From an uncultured Nitrososphaeria archaeon (lineage in GTDB: Archaea; Thermoproteota; Nitrososphaeria_A; Caldarchaeales; Wolframiiraptoraceae), in NCBI GenBank assembly GCA_964555135.1, contig CAZKRR010000002.1:1-43944 (forward strand): 43,944 nucleotides of DNA, written 5' to 3'. Below the pieces are notes generated by a model that saw nothing but the letters and a program-made list of their open reading frames with translations, did not search any database and was not told the DNA's origin. The position numbers were made by a program, and so were the translations under genes. This document shows, piece by piece, positions 10,001 through 19,005 of this stretch. Position 1 is the first letter of the stretch. Each line of letters starts with the position of its first letter.

Positions 10001-10518
10001 TCTTCTATTAAGTCGAATTTCTGCCTCCTCCCTCTGCATTTAATGCTATTACATGATTCAGGTAGGACTAGTCTTTGCCCATCTTGCGGGGTAGTCTGTT
10101 CTGCACCGCATACTCTACATCTAAAGACAGCAGTCTTTATTATTGGTTTGACTGAACTAGCTCTTACAACCAATCCATCAATAGCAATAAGTTTCCTAAG
10201 ATGGGATGCTCTAATATCTCTGATCAGGATTACCTCGGGGAGGTTGTAGATTCTTACCTTGAATTCTTTCACCTTTACCGCATACTCTGGGTCTTCTATT
10301 CTTAATTGATTCCATGCTGCTTTCTCAAGTAATGGTAGGTACTTTAAAGGCTCATTTACGATGAGATGGCTTAGTTCTTCATCAAAGATTATTAGGTCAT
10401 TGAAATCTAAAGCTATGCTTATTGCTCTTTGAGCTGCAGATCTCGCTATTATAGAACGGTACTTCTCTTGTTTAAAGAATTCTACAATCTTATCTTCAAT
10501 ATTTGTAATGCTGCTCAT
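7033..10518 (-). CDS. mcm: MCM replicative helicase, interrupted by one in-frame intein
   Basis: 1161 aa. C4 Zn motif CRVCG...CNSIKC, Walker A GDPGTGKS, Walker B CCIDEIEKM, SRFDLIF arginine-finger region. Removing residues 362-849 leaves a 673-aa extein of normal MCM length. Confidence 0.95.
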   Translation of the reverse strand: MSSITNIEDKIVEFFKQEKYRSIIARSAAQRAISIALDFNDLIIFDEELSHLIVNEPLKYLPLLEKAAWNQLRIEDPEYAVKVKEFKVRIYNLPEVILIRDIRASHLRKLIAIDGLVVRASSVKPIIKTAVFRCRVCGAEQTTPQDGQRLVLPESCNSIKCRGRRQKFDLIEEKSEYYDYQMVGVQEKPEDLPPGQLPRSIDVGLRGDLVDKARPGDRVIVTGILYAIQERTAEAPLKTSKMYLEAVSIETASKEPESLQITPEEEKIFKEMARAPDIHQKLVESIAPSIYGLEHIKKAIMLLLFGGRTKQFPDGVRVRGDIHVLLVGDPGTGKSQLLRYAAQIAPRGLYTSGRGSTAAGLCVSGDTLIYTSKGILPIGRLTEENLKNGLVRLSHIEEIAENPEVIDIIAPSRDLGKIEKHKINQYYRLKAEEAIEVSTFLGKKIAVTPETQLLCSEDGKNVKWKKASEIKVGEYVAQALKLPEIIGDWRRCLYEYIDDVFVGIDTSKLKELLSRLSRKYGTLRNVAKILQVNEDYVYYQWRRGLKYPRLQVLRKMLNELGMSLEQIIPHIRFVGYKSYKGIEKIRLPPYPNELFLEFIGDIYSGGYLIKHARRVKSYTIHYSTSSYIDALKYVKRVKKLFGIKTKIEKDRRENCYTVRFTNHVVARLLTAFGIPVGDKYDGLQIHPTISIIPNRLIACFLRQLFTNDGGIVKGKCITFPTASKVLAEQVDMLLRRFGIVCALVRRKPHVSNVRDKAVISGEIYELSITDKHSIIAFSKNIGFSNPYKRKLLQQLVRCKRGSHNNYKRIGNEVILVKVRDLKKIKLEKAYDITVNDSHAFVANGFIVHNTAAVVRDKGGNMILEAGALVLADMGVCCIDEIEKMRPEDRVAIHESMAQQTVSIAKGGIVATLNARTSILAAANPELGRYNPYESFTVNVNLPITILSRFDLIFVLRDEPIPEHDQKIATHILSLQSRSMPPSEPVIKPETLRKYIAYAKRIQPELTPRAAKLIENFYLQMRSIYQQTSTIAITARQLESLIRLAEARARAALRDYVTEEDVMDVIDLMKRSLSEVGIDVETGKPDIDVIMTGKPKSIRDKFSIVLKIIGEIQNKKGYVEDAELREALREYGIEDQEIKTILNRLLSDGKLFTPKPGIYRLT
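7972..9435 (-). mobile_element. 488-aa LAGLIDADG-type intein in the MCM AAA+ core
   Basis: The intein starts with Cys (TGT, rc of 9433..9435) in AAGL|CVSGDTLIY. It ends FIVHN (Asn codon is rc of 7972..7974) followed by +1 Thr (TAAVV). The internal endonuclease motifs are LFLEFIGDIYSGGY and FLRQLFTNDGG. I checked the boundary codons by hand. Confidence 0.9.
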
Positions 10519-10520
10519 CT

Positions 10521-11054
10521 CTATCTAGCCCCTCCTATTGGTGAGACAGACTTCAACCATTCATCAATAAGACTTCTAATTGTTTCATAGAGAAGTGCCT
10601 CTTCCCTTGTAAGATTCTCTACTAAGCTTGCATCGATTCTTTTAGAAGCAAACCCGAGTATCTTGTTGAGTCTTAGTGAGATTATGTCTACAATGATATT
10701 CTTTATATTCTGGTCGAGTTTATCCACGTCTTCTCTTATCATTAAATAGAAGTATCTTGGTAGTTCTTGTAACTCCCCTGGATTATTCTTTTCCTTCCAT
10801 TCTAGTTGTATCAAATTTTTTAAATCTATCACTTTATCTCCATACTCAACTATACCTGCTTCATAGAGTTTAGCTGCTGCCCACTTACTAATCATTAACG
10901 TCATCCCTCTCCTTAAATTTTCAAAGACCTGACCTGGGAGAACAAGCTTCTGAACATCTTTTAGTAAGATAACCTTCTTCTCAGAATTATCATACTCTAA
11001 CTTAATAAGCTCGAGCAACTTCCTAAACTCTTCTATTAAGACTTCGACCCCCAT
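10521..11054 (-). CDS. gins23: GINS subunit, Gins23-type (B-domain then A-domain)
   Basis: 177 aa, ending 2 nt before the MCM start codon, the arrangement known in Sulfolobus. The C-terminal half has the GINS A-domain-like pattern LPRYFY...RLNKI...LTREE. No search was run. Confidence 0.6.
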   Translation of the reverse strand: MGVEVLIEEFRKLLELIKLEYDNSEKKVILLKDVQKLVLPGQVFENLRRGMTLMISKWAAAKLYEAGIVEYGDKVIDLKNLIQLEWKEKNNPGELQELPRYFYLMIREDVDKLDQNIKNIIVDIISLRLNKILGFASKRIDASLVENLTREEALLYETIRSLIDEWLKSVSPIGGAR

Positions 11055-11219
11055 CTTCTCTGGAGGATAGATATAATTGGTTGAATTTATCTACAGAGAG
11101 ACCTGGCTGAAAATGGAGCAGACGAGGAAAATCTTCTGTTAAATACTTTGAAATGACTTGGAAATCTAGCGAAAATTTAAAGTTAAGCAAAAATACAACC
11201 TAAGTGACAGTAATAGATG

Positions 11220-11316
<97 letters not shown>

Positions 11317-11393
11317 TATAGCGTATCTAACGATAGCTGAAACTTAGATTATATGCTGGTTTACCTATTTCTACTCATAGAAAGAAGTATCTT

Positions 11394-11988
11394 CTAATCT
11401 CTGACATACATATAGTATAGGCCTTCTCTACTTCTATCCATCCCGTCGACTATTCTGATCTTCTTTATTACTATACCTGCATTAAATCCAAAACAATCTC
11501 TACTAAGATTAATCAGACTTCACTGTATATGATTCCATGTCGTTTTGAATAATCATAGACTGCTGGGACTGCACAATATAGTTTATCAGCCGTCTCTATA
11601 TCAATTACGTATAACTTTCTGTTCTTTGGAACTGTCGGGAAACTTATAAAACTAGTATTAGATGTCCAACTTAATTTTTCAACTTGTTTAATAGTTTAAC
11701 TAGCCTGGTAAAAACAGATAATTCTACATCATCACCCTTAATGAGAGCTATCTGGAAAAGACTTCATCTATTATTTCAAGCATATGTTTTAATGGAATAC
11801 CGTATCCAGATGGACCGACTGTAACATCCATAGGTTCTGTATCCAGAGGTAGCTGCACCAGTTTCTCGGGACCTTTACAAAGCTCTTTAGTCTGTATAGA
11901 TTCATATAGGAAAATCTTCTCATCGTCAAGCCCAAATACATCAAAACTCTTAATCTCGGGGGCCGGTCCCAACAACTCTTGTGACCAT
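11394..11988 (-). pseudogene. frameshifted and 3'-truncated gene remnant, possibly ASKHA-fold DUF1464/COG2441-like
   Basis: Successive minus-strand fragments in different frames. 1: MVTRVVGTGPRD*. 2: the 75-aa ORF GPAPEIKSFDVFGLDDEKIF...SGYGIPL. 3: ALIKGDDVELSVFTRLVKLLNKLKN*. 4: FISFPTVPKNRKLYVIDIETADKLYCAVPAVYDYSKRHGIIYSEV*. 5: SLINLSRDCFGFNAGIVIKKIRIVDGMDRSREGLYYMYVRD*. The first shift is at the CCGGCCCCCGAG tract. The family call comes from memory of VxGIDPGTxSFD-type N-termini. Confidence 0.45.
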
Positions 11989-12176
11989 TTTAAGACGTGG
12001 TAAACATCTTTACTTAAATTATTTTTAGATTAAACAGAATGTCCTAATTAATTTAATTATATTTCGTTAAAAATCTTCAGCGAATCTAAAGATATGGGAA
12101 GAAATTTATGTTAGAGTATTCTGCCACCGCTTCTCTCCTTCACAGCATATGGTTTGCAAAAATTAGAAAGATTTAA

Positions 12177-12608
12177 TTGAAGCCAAAACTAAACCTTAGA
12201 TTTGTGGATAGAATGTTTGCAGATTCTTCTATAAGAGATTTCGCAAAAATAGGTGTATTCTTGATTGGCATAGCATTAGTTATTCTAGCTTCTATTGTAC
12301 TCCATTTCTATATTACTTATATGAGTAAAACTTTCTTTTCTCACTCCATAGATAGACCTTTCAATGCGTATTGTACATTTAATAAAGTAGTCATAGTAAG
12401 TGCTTTAAAAGATCTTGAAAGAGTAAAGATTTTAGATAATAGGTCAAATACAATATGCTTATTTGATAGGATGAAAAGTGGCTCGGAAGAACTATGTATT
12501 GTTAATGAATATGGCGTCTACATTGTTCAGCATGATGATTTTAAAGATGTAGTAGAATGTTTCTCTCCAGCTGCCGTTAGAATGGAGTCTCCCACATTGA
12601 CTGATTAA
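12177..12608 (+). CDS. hypothetical membrane-anchored protein (one N-terminal TM helix)
   Basis: 143-aa ORF with a TTG start (an in-frame ATG lies 12 codons later, at MFADSS). Hydrophobic segment IGVFLIGIALVILASIVLHFYI. No recognisable family. Confidence 0.45.
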   Translation: MKPKLNLRFVDRMFADSSIRDFAKIGVFLIGIALVILASIVLHFYITYMSKTFFSHSIDRPFNAYCTFNKVVIVSALKDLERVKILDNRSNTICLFDRMKSGSEELCIVNEYGVYIVQHDDFKDVVECFSPAAVRMESPTLTD

Positions 12609-12685
12609 TCTGCTCTCTTAATTCTAAATTTTCTGAAAACCCAAAATCTTGAAGAAGAGATAAGGTTAAAATATGTTGATGATGA

Positions 12686-12699
12686 TATCGAAATCGATA
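12686..12699. promoter_or_regulatory. short palindrome TATCGA-AA-TCGATA between a TATA-like box (TTAAAATA, 12667..12674) and the padR start
   Basis: Read directly from the sequence. It sits where an autoregulatory operator would be expected, but 6-bp arms are weak evidence. Confidence 0.2.
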
Positions 12700-12704
12700 A
12701 CCGA

Positions 12705-13259
12705 ATGTGGCCCATGTTAAGACATTGGATGAGGCATATGGCTGTAGCTCCTAAGGGGCTACTAAGAAATTACGTGCTAGAGTTATTGTCTAAAGAACCT
12801 AGGTCGGGTTCCGAAATAATGGATTTGGTTGAAGAGCATAGTGGAGGTTTATGGAGACCTAGCCCCGGCTCGATCTACCCACTACTTGAATGGTTAAAAA
12901 GTAGAGGATACATAAAAGAAACTAAAAGCGATGAAATTAGTACAAAGAAATATACTCTAACAGAGAAAGGTAGAAAACTCCTTGAAGAACAGAGAAAGGT
13001 TAAGACATTTATGATTAAGTCTTGGAGGCTGTTTGCACCCTACTTTTTAGACTTAGCTATCTATGAAAGTTGTAGTGATGAAAGACGTGAGCTAATCAAT
13101 GCATTGAAAAACTTTATGCAGGCATTCTTTAGTCTGGAAGCTAAATTACGTGAGAAAGATGGCAGAGAATATGTTGAATCAGCTATAAAGGTCTTGAAAG
13201 ACGCAACATCTAGACTTGGAGAATTAGAGAAGGAAATAGAGGGGAGAACGGATGACTGA
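12705..13259 (+). CDS. PadR-family transcriptional regulator
   Basis: 184 aa. Winged-helix signature LRNYVLELLSKEPRSGSEIMDLV...WRPSPGSIYPLLEWLKSRGYI, followed by a coiled C-terminal domain. Overlaps the ABC ATPase gene by 8 nt. Confidence 0.85.
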   Translation: MWPMLRHWMRHMAVAPKGLLRNYVLELLSKEPRSGSEIMDLVEEHSGGLWRPSPGSIYPLLEWLKSRGYIKETKSDEISTKKYTLTEKGRKLLEEQRKVKTFMIKSWRLFAPYFLDLAIYESCSDERRELINALKNFMQAFFSLEAKLREKDGREYVESAIKVLKDATSRLGELEKEIEGRTDD

Positions 13260-14256
13260 AGATGTTATAGTAGTTGAAAACTTAACAAAGATTTTTAATG
13301 GGAACTTGGTTGCCGTGGATCATATTTCCTTCAACGTTAAGAGAGGTGAGATATTCGGTTTACTTGGTCCTAATGGTGCAGGTAAAACAACGACTATTAA
13401 TATACTGACAACTATCCTAAAACCTACTGAAGGTAGAGCATTTATACTAGGAAATGATGTCGTCAGACATGCAAGCATAGTTAGGAGGTTAATAGGAATA
13501 GTTCCTCAAGAATATACAGCTGATGAAGACCTAACAGGATACGAAAATATAATTTTATGCGGGGATTTATATGGGATACCTAGAGATATCTCGAAGAAAC
13601 GTGCGATTGAGCTTCTAGAACTCATGGAGTTGATGAGATTCAAAGATAAGAAGGTTGAAACATATTCTGGTGGGATGAGGAGGAGATTAGAGCTTGCATG
13701 TGGCCTCATCAATAGACCCAAAGTATTGTTCTTAGATGAACCTACTCTAGGTTTAGACGTTCAGACTAGGTCAGCTATATGGAGCTACATTAAGAGATTG
13801 AAGGAAGAATACAGTATGACTATACTTATGACAACGCATTACATGGAAGAAGCAGATAATCTATGTGATAGAATAGCGATAATCGATTATGGGAAGATAG
13901 TGATCACAGGGACACCTCAAGTATTAAAGAATTCGATAGGTAGCGATATCATGGAGGTCATAATTAAGGAGGGAGATGATGTTACAAGCATACTCAAGGG
14001 CGTAGATTATGTTAAAGAAGTTAGAAGGAGAAAGGATGGATCATATATGGTAAGATTAGAGAATGGAGAAATAGCTGCTCCTATCATTATTGACCATCTC
14101 AGACAGAAAGGATACCATGTCATAAAACTCTCAATCAGTAAACCGACATTAGATGAAGTCTTCTTAACATACACTGGTAGAGCTATGAGAGATTCAGAGG
14201 AGGCCAGGGAAACAGTAATGTCACAGAGAATTACATTGAGGAGAGCGAGGAGATGA
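13252..14256 (+). CDS. ABC transporter ATP-binding protein (ABC-2/DrrA-like exporter)
   Basis: Walker A GPNGAGKTT, signature YSGGMRRRL, Walker B VLFLDEPT, H-loop TTHYM. Confidence 0.9.
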   Translation: MTEDVIVVENLTKIFNGNLVAVDHISFNVKRGEIFGLLGPNGAGKTTTINILTTILKPTEGRAFILGNDVVRHASIVRRLIGIVPQEYTADEDLTGYENIILCGDLYGIPRDISKKRAIELLELMELMRFKDKKVETYSGGMRRRLELACGLINRPKVLFLDEPTLGLDVQTRSAIWSYIKRLKEEYSMTILMTTHYMEEADNLCDRIAIIDYGKIVITGTPQVLKNSIGSDIMEVIIKEGDDVTSILKGVDYVKEVRRRKDGSYMVRLENGEIAAPIIIDHLRQKGYHVIKLSISKPTLDEVFLTYTGRAMRDSEEARETVMSQRITLRRARR

Positions 14257-15218
14257 TGTTAGAGTCATATGAAGGAGGTAAGCTTAAGGCGATGCTTCAG
14301 GGATTCTGGGGTTTAACTAGTAGAGAACTTAAGAAATGGATGAAAGAACCGATAATCCTATTGATGGCTATAGTACAGCCAATTATGTGGATGGTCTTAT
14401 TCGGTAAATCAATGAATATTGTGGGAATCTTCTCACCTGCCATATTAGATGAGATAAATATTCCAGACATAAGAATCCCCGGTAGCTTATTGGATCCATC
14501 AATAGATGGTGTAGTAACTATACCTAGCTACGTAATCTTGGAGAATCTTAGAAGTACCATCTTGATGATTAGCTTGAAAGCCATGGAGTCGGTCTTTGGC
14601 GTCTCCGACTACTTCAGCTATCTAGCCATAGGAATGATCTCCATGATAACGATATTTACTTCAACATTCTCTGGGATGTCTATCGTATGGGATAGAAGGC
14701 TTGGATTTCTATATAAGGTGTTAAGTACACCTGTTCCGAGGTCAGCTATAATATTGTCTAAAGTATTTAATGCAGCTGTACGGTCCATCTTCCAGTCAAC
14801 GATAATTCTCGGTTTAGCTATATTCTTAGGAATAAGATTTAGTTCAACATTTAGCTTACTAAATCTACTAGCAGTTTATTTAGCTATCTTCCTCTTCTCG
14901 ACTGGTTTATCATCTCTCTTCCTAGCTTTTGCTCTACGATCTACTAGGCATGAAACACAAATGGCAATAGTAAACTTATTCACTATGCCATTAATGTTTA
15001 CGAGTAATGCGTTCTTTCCAACTAAGATAATGCCTGATTGGCTTCAAGTTATCGCATCCATAAATCCTGTAAGCTATATAACCGATGCTCTCCGCCAACT
15101 CACAATATACCAGACAAACTATGCAACCCTACTATTAGATTTCACATACCTAACCGTCTTCGCTGTACTTCTAATAACAATAGGCATAATCTTGTCATGG
15201 AAGTATCTAACCAAGTAG
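14253..15218 (+). CDS. ABC-2 type transporter permease
   Basis: 321 aa with multiple TM segments. ATGA overlap with the ATPase gene. Typical ABC-2 size and topology. Confidence 0.85.
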   Translation: MMLESYEGGKLKAMLQGFWGLTSRELKKWMKEPIILLMAIVQPIMWMVLFGKSMNIVGIFSPAILDEINIPDIRIPGSLLDPSIDGVVTIPSYVILENLRSTILMISLKAMESVFGVSDYFSYLAIGMISMITIFTSTFSGMSIVWDRRLGFLYKVLSTPVPRSAIILSKVFNAAVRSIFQSTIILGLAIFLGIRFSSTFSLLNLLAVYLAIFLFSTGLSSLFLAFALRSTRHETQMAIVNLFTMPLMFTSNAFFPTKIMPDWLQVIASINPVSYITDALRQLTIYQTNYATLLLDFTYLTVFAVLLITIGIILSWKYLTK

Positions 15219-15365
15219 AGGCTTTAAAAGATGTGAGCTGGTACCTTCATGATAATATCTTATAAGGGAGATGAACTATGCACCTAGTCTTTAGTTTCTG
15301 GGCTGGAACAAAAATTTTTACGGTAAAATAAACTAGATAAACAGGAGGCATGGATGAAATATTAG

Positions 15366-15752
15366 ATGAAAGTTTTACTTGATACAAGTCTTTTAATGCT
15401 GATCGTAGAGCAGGGAAGAGATCTAATTAGAGCTGCAGAAGATATACTTGGCGAAGTAATCGAACCTTACATACTTGAAGACACAGTGGATGAGTTAGAA
15501 AAAATTGCTAAAAGAAGAGGAGGGAAGGCAGAACTAGCTAACCTAGCTTTAAAGCTAACTGAAAAAATGGTCAAGATAAAATATGTTAAGGAATTACCAG
15601 TAGATCTTAAATTGATTGAAGCCGCACAAGAACATAGGATGGTCTTAGCAGCTGTAGATCAAAAAATGATTAAAGAAGCAAGAAAAAAGAAGATCCCCCT
15701 CATAATATTTCATAAAGATTTAAGAGTAACATTTGAAGGTTGGACGCTATAA
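15366..15752 (+). CDS. PIN-domain protein, Fcf1/Utp24-like (COG1412-type) rather than a VapC toxin
   Basis: 128 aa. N-terminal VLLDTSLLM acidic motif. The layout ...VIEPYILEDTVDELEKIAKRRG... and the late AAVDQ motif match archaeal Fcf1 homologues as I recall them. There is no antitoxin ORF upstream. Confidence 0.6.
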   Translation: MKVLLDTSLLMLIVEQGRDLIRAAEDILGEVIEPYILEDTVDELEKIAKRRGGKAELANLALKLTEKMVKIKYVKELPVDLKLIEAAQEHRMVLAAVDQKMIKEARKKKIPLIIFHKDLRVTFEGWTL

Positions 15753-15809
15753 ATATTTCATCACTAAGATTTTTAGATAGGGATACCAAGTAATTTTGAG
15801 TAAAGATAG

Positions 15810-18101
15810 ATGAATATTAGACAGAGTCTCCTTCTAGTAACTATTGTATCAATCGCAATGATAGCATCATCCCTAAATGGGGTGGCAGATTCTCAGGAAG
15901 AAAATACTTTACAAATAATTTTCTACATGGATACAGGTTTAGGCGAACCTATAATCATTAATAGTTGTAGTGGTTTAGCCAGAATAGGAGAAAACGTAAG
16001 CTGCACAGCTGAACTTGAGATCACATACGACAACGATACGAAAATAGTCTTCAAAGGCTGGTACAGGAATGTCATAGATGAAGACTTAGAACTAGTTACT
16101 GAAGAAAAAACCATGACAGTCACAGTTAGAGAAGAACAGACTCAACAAGAATATACTGCAAAGTATCAAGTCTACTATCTAATAGATCTTGACATCGGTT
16201 ACCAAAGAATTAGTGAGTGGAGACCTAGGTACAGCTCATACACGATAACGGTGCAGGAAAGCTGGAAACCAGAAGAAGGTATAAGAAAAGTCTTCTTGAA
16301 GTGGGTTGGAGACATGACTGGAAGTAATCCGAGCATTTACGTGGACAAGATTACTAGACCGTTAAAAGCAAAAGCAATCTGGCAAACACAATATTATGTA
16401 GATATAATCTCTGAATATCCATTATCAGTTGAGAGCGGATGGTTTAATGAAACCCAAAAAATCTATGTTGAGCCTCTAGACCCTGTAATATATGAGAATA
16501 GCGGAGAAACAAAGATCTTGCTTGAAAAATATCTTGTAGATTATTGGTGGGGGGAGAGAGAAGATTTCGAAGTTGGTAAAGACTCTTTCGAGTTAGTAGT
16601 AGATTTACCTTTAACGATAAAGGCCTTCTGGAATAAACTTCACCACGTAGTTCTAGAATCAGATTATGTAAGACAGGTGCTCTTCGATGAATGGATAAGA
16701 GAAAACGATAAGTTAATCTTCAATCAACTAGAAAGAGAGGTTATCTGGGTTAACGGTACTAGAATAGTCTTCGATAAATGGATAAATGATATATCTTCAC
16801 CTAATAAAGACATAGAAGTCGTCGTAACCAGCCCCATAAGAGCTCGTGCTACGTGGAGGATCTACTATCTAGTCTCCGTTGAATCGTCAGAACCCGGTAT
16901 CAGTATAAAAGCTAGTAGGTTAGGCTGGGTCGAGAAGGGGAGTAACGTAGTTATCAATGCAACCCCCATTGAGAGAGAGCTAGAAAAAGGAGTCAAAGCA
17001 TTATTTAGAGAATGGAGCGGAAATGTTATAAGCTTAGACCCAATAATAGAGATCTCAAACCTAAGCTATCCAATAATAGTTAAAGCATTATGGATTAAGA
17101 AGTATCTTATAACTATCGACGCACCAGATAAGGCCGGCATAGAGAAAGAAAGATGGATACTAGAAGATGAAAGATACGATATCGTAGCTCCCATACAAAT
17201 CTCAATAAATAATTTAACAAGGATGGTTTTCAATAACTGGAATGGATGCATTGTCGTCAAAGATAATGTATGCAGTCTAAGCAATGTTAAGCAACCTCTA
17301 ACAATTAAAGCAAACTATTTCATAGAGAAGAGAATAAGAATAGAAGCAGTATCACTGAATAATGAAGTCATAGAAGACGTACATTTCATTGTTAAGCATG
17401 AATCGGATGAGATAAAGCAGCTGTCTTCGAGAAATATCGTATGGATGAAGACAGGAAGCTGGATAATCCAGAATGCTACGTGGAGAGAATATGATGTAAC
17501 TTCAACAAGAGAATTTAAGATAACTGAAGACTCAGACGAACTCTTAAGAATATCGGTGAGAATATTTAGATTATCATTCAAGATTAATGATTACCTAGGT
17601 TTCCCAGTTAAAGATGCAGAGATAATCATTAAAACAATTGATGGGAGAACAATATATGAAGGTAAAACAGATGAAAACGGGTTATTGGATAACGTTGGTC
17701 CTCTACCTCCATTAGACATGGTCGCATACGTTACTTATATGGACTATCAAATAATGAAAAATGTAAGTATAAAGACTTCAAGCCCAATCTACATAACTAT
17801 ACCTTTCTCTCAGACATTAGTCCAACTAATCATGATCACAATTATAGCTGGAGCCTCTCTAACTACTTTAGCTATTATTAGGAGGCTTCGAAAACCAAGA
17901 GAAATACTTACTGAAATACCTATACCGCAAGAGCAACCTCCGCCTACAATAAGCTTAGATGAAACTATTAAAGAAATAGGAATTAGGAAAGCCTCTGCAG
18001 TAACTCTTGAAGACGTAATTGAAAAACTGAAAGAGAGCGGTGAAAAACCTGAAGAAATCTTAGGGGAGCTGGCTGAAAAAGTAGGAAAGAAGAAAAAGTA
18101 A
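15810..18101 (+). CDS. large secreted, C-terminally membrane-anchored repeat protein (surface or S-layer-associated candidate)
   Basis: 763 aa. N-terminal signal-like helix LLLVTIVSIAMIASSL, six degenerate repeats, a CarboxypepD_reg-like segment GFPVKDAEIIIKTIDGRTIYEGKTDENGLL, a TM helix around residues 669-690, and a charged cytoplasmic tail ending KKKK. Many N-x-S/T sequons. Confidence 0.8.
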   Translation: MNIRQSLLLVTIVSIAMIASSLNGVADSQEENTLQIIFYMDTGLGEPIIINSCSGLARIGENVSCTAELEITYDNDTKIVFKGWYRNVIDEDLELVTEEKTMTVTVREEQTQQEYTAKYQVYYLIDLDIGYQRISEWRPRYSSYTITVQESWKPEEGIRKVFLKWVGDMTGSNPSIYVDKITRPLKAKAIWQTQYYVDIISEYPLSVESGWFNETQKIYVEPLDPVIYENSGETKILLEKYLVDYWWGEREDFEVGKDSFELVVDLPLTIKAFWNKLHHVVLESDYVRQVLFDEWIRENDKLIFNQLEREVIWVNGTRIVFDKWINDISSPNKDIEVVVTSPIRARATWRIYYLVSVESSEPGISIKASRLGWVEKGSNVVINATPIERELEKGVKALFREWSGNVISLDPIIEISNLSYPIIVKALWIKKYLITIDAPDKAGIEKERWILEDERYDIVAPIQISINNLTRMVFNNWNGCIVVKDNVCSLSNVKQPLTIKANYFIEKRIRIEAVSLNNEVIEDVHFIVKHESDEIKQLSSRNIVWMKTGSWIIQNATWREYDVTSTREFKITEDSDELLRISVRIFRLSFKINDYLGFPVKDAEIIIKTIDGRTIYEGKTDENGLLDNVGPLPPLDMVAYVTYMDYQIMKNVSIKTSSPIYITIPFSQTLVQLIMITIIAGASLTTLAIIRRLRKPREILTEIPIPQEQPPPTISLDETIKEIGIRKASAVTLEDVIEKLKESGEKPEEILGELAEKVGKKKK
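15942..17339 (+). repeat. six tandem degenerate coding repeats of about 75-82 aa inside the surface protein
   Basis: The repeat anchor is (hydrophobic)F.(K/E/N)W..., seen as VFKGW (W84), VFLKW (W165), LVDYWW (W246), VFDKW (W324), LFREW (W402) and VFNNW (W477). Each is followed about 30 residues later by (A/L)(K/R)A.W/Y...Y(Y/L)(V/I). The pattern resembles InlB B-repeat-like modules. Confidence 0.7.
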
Positions 18102-18106
18102 GGATG

Positions 18107-19000
18107 CTAGCTTCGATTAGAGTATTTTAAGACTAGGTCGTTAATATCGACATTCAATCTCTCCGCTATTGGGCTACATTTAGCGATTAATAGGAAGAAT
18201 ATGTTCTTCCTATCTTCTAACACCTCGTAATTAGCCATGCCCTTTGAGATAATAAATTCATGTTGCTTGATTAAATTATTTAATTCTTCATCATAAGGAT
18301 GAATACCCGTATCTTCTTCACCGTTTGATGAAGGAATTATCGAAGCATTAGGCAAACTGTCTAAACCTGCTAACACTAGGTCATCTATAGTAGCATCGTT
18401 TACAATTGCTCCACCTTTTACTATAATCGTTATACGCTCAAATTCTCTACCTCTGAAATCAAGTAATGTTTCTAAGAGCAATCTATCAGTGTAAATTTCT
18501 CCAGCATTATCTAAGAAATAAAGTAGATTCTTAGAAGAACTCGCTTTCTGTCTTAATCTATGATAGTCATTTATTGCTAAGCCTTTTCTGAACGCAGTGA
18601 TCAATGTCTTCTCAAAATCAGAGAAATCAACCGTAACTATATCTATTGCATTCCCTGCGACAGACAGCTTAACGGCTGTCTCCAGCTTATCTTGACTAAT
18701 ATCAACTAGTTTCTTCATCATGGGATAAAGATTTGATGCAACTTGATTACTGATCTTCTTTATCTCCTTAAATGGGTCATTTACCCCAGTAACCCGTCTA
18801 ATCATCTTGAATAGTTCAAATGATACTTCAATAGGAGTCTTATCCCAATTAGAGATAATCATTGAGAAAGCATTTAATAGTATTTCTTTTCTAGATTGCT
18901 CATCTTCCCTAGCTAGTTTAGATGCTAAGTTTACAGTTTTCAGCATGCATGGAACACAATCGATCGTTAGCTTCATAATAAGTCCACTACCTAGAAACAT
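18107..19000 (-). CDS. DUF89 / ARMT1-like damage-control phosphatase family protein
   Basis: 297 aa. The N-terminal LTIDCVPCMLKTV motif and the DNAGE segment (FLDNAGEIYTD) are typical of DUF89. The likely start is the internal MKLTIDC. Confidence 0.7.
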   Translation of the reverse strand: MFLGSGLIMKLTIDCVPCMLKTVNLASKLAREDEQSRKEILLNAFSMIISNWDKTPIEVSFELFKMIRRVTGVNDPFKEIKKISNQVASNLYPMMKKLVDISQDKLETAVKLSVAGNAIDIVTVDFSDFEKTLITAFRKGLAINDYHRLRQKASSSKNLLYFLDNAGEIYTDRLLLETLLDFRGREFERITIIVKGGAIVNDATIDDLVLAGLDSLPNASIIPSSNGEEDTGIHPYDEELNNLIKQHEFIISKGMANYEVLEDRKNIFFLLIAKCSPIAERLNVDINDLVLKYSNRS

Positions 19001-19005
19001 CTAAG

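Noticed and set aside
12679-12685. Perfect C-box heptamer ATGATGA upstream of padR
   Set aside because: No CUGA D box lies within 45-70 nt downstream. It is more likely just part of the promoter or leader.
15038-15265. 75-aa ORF overlapping the 3' end of the ABC-2 permease gene in another frame
   Set aside because: Most of it overlaps the permease CDS, and it has no independent support.
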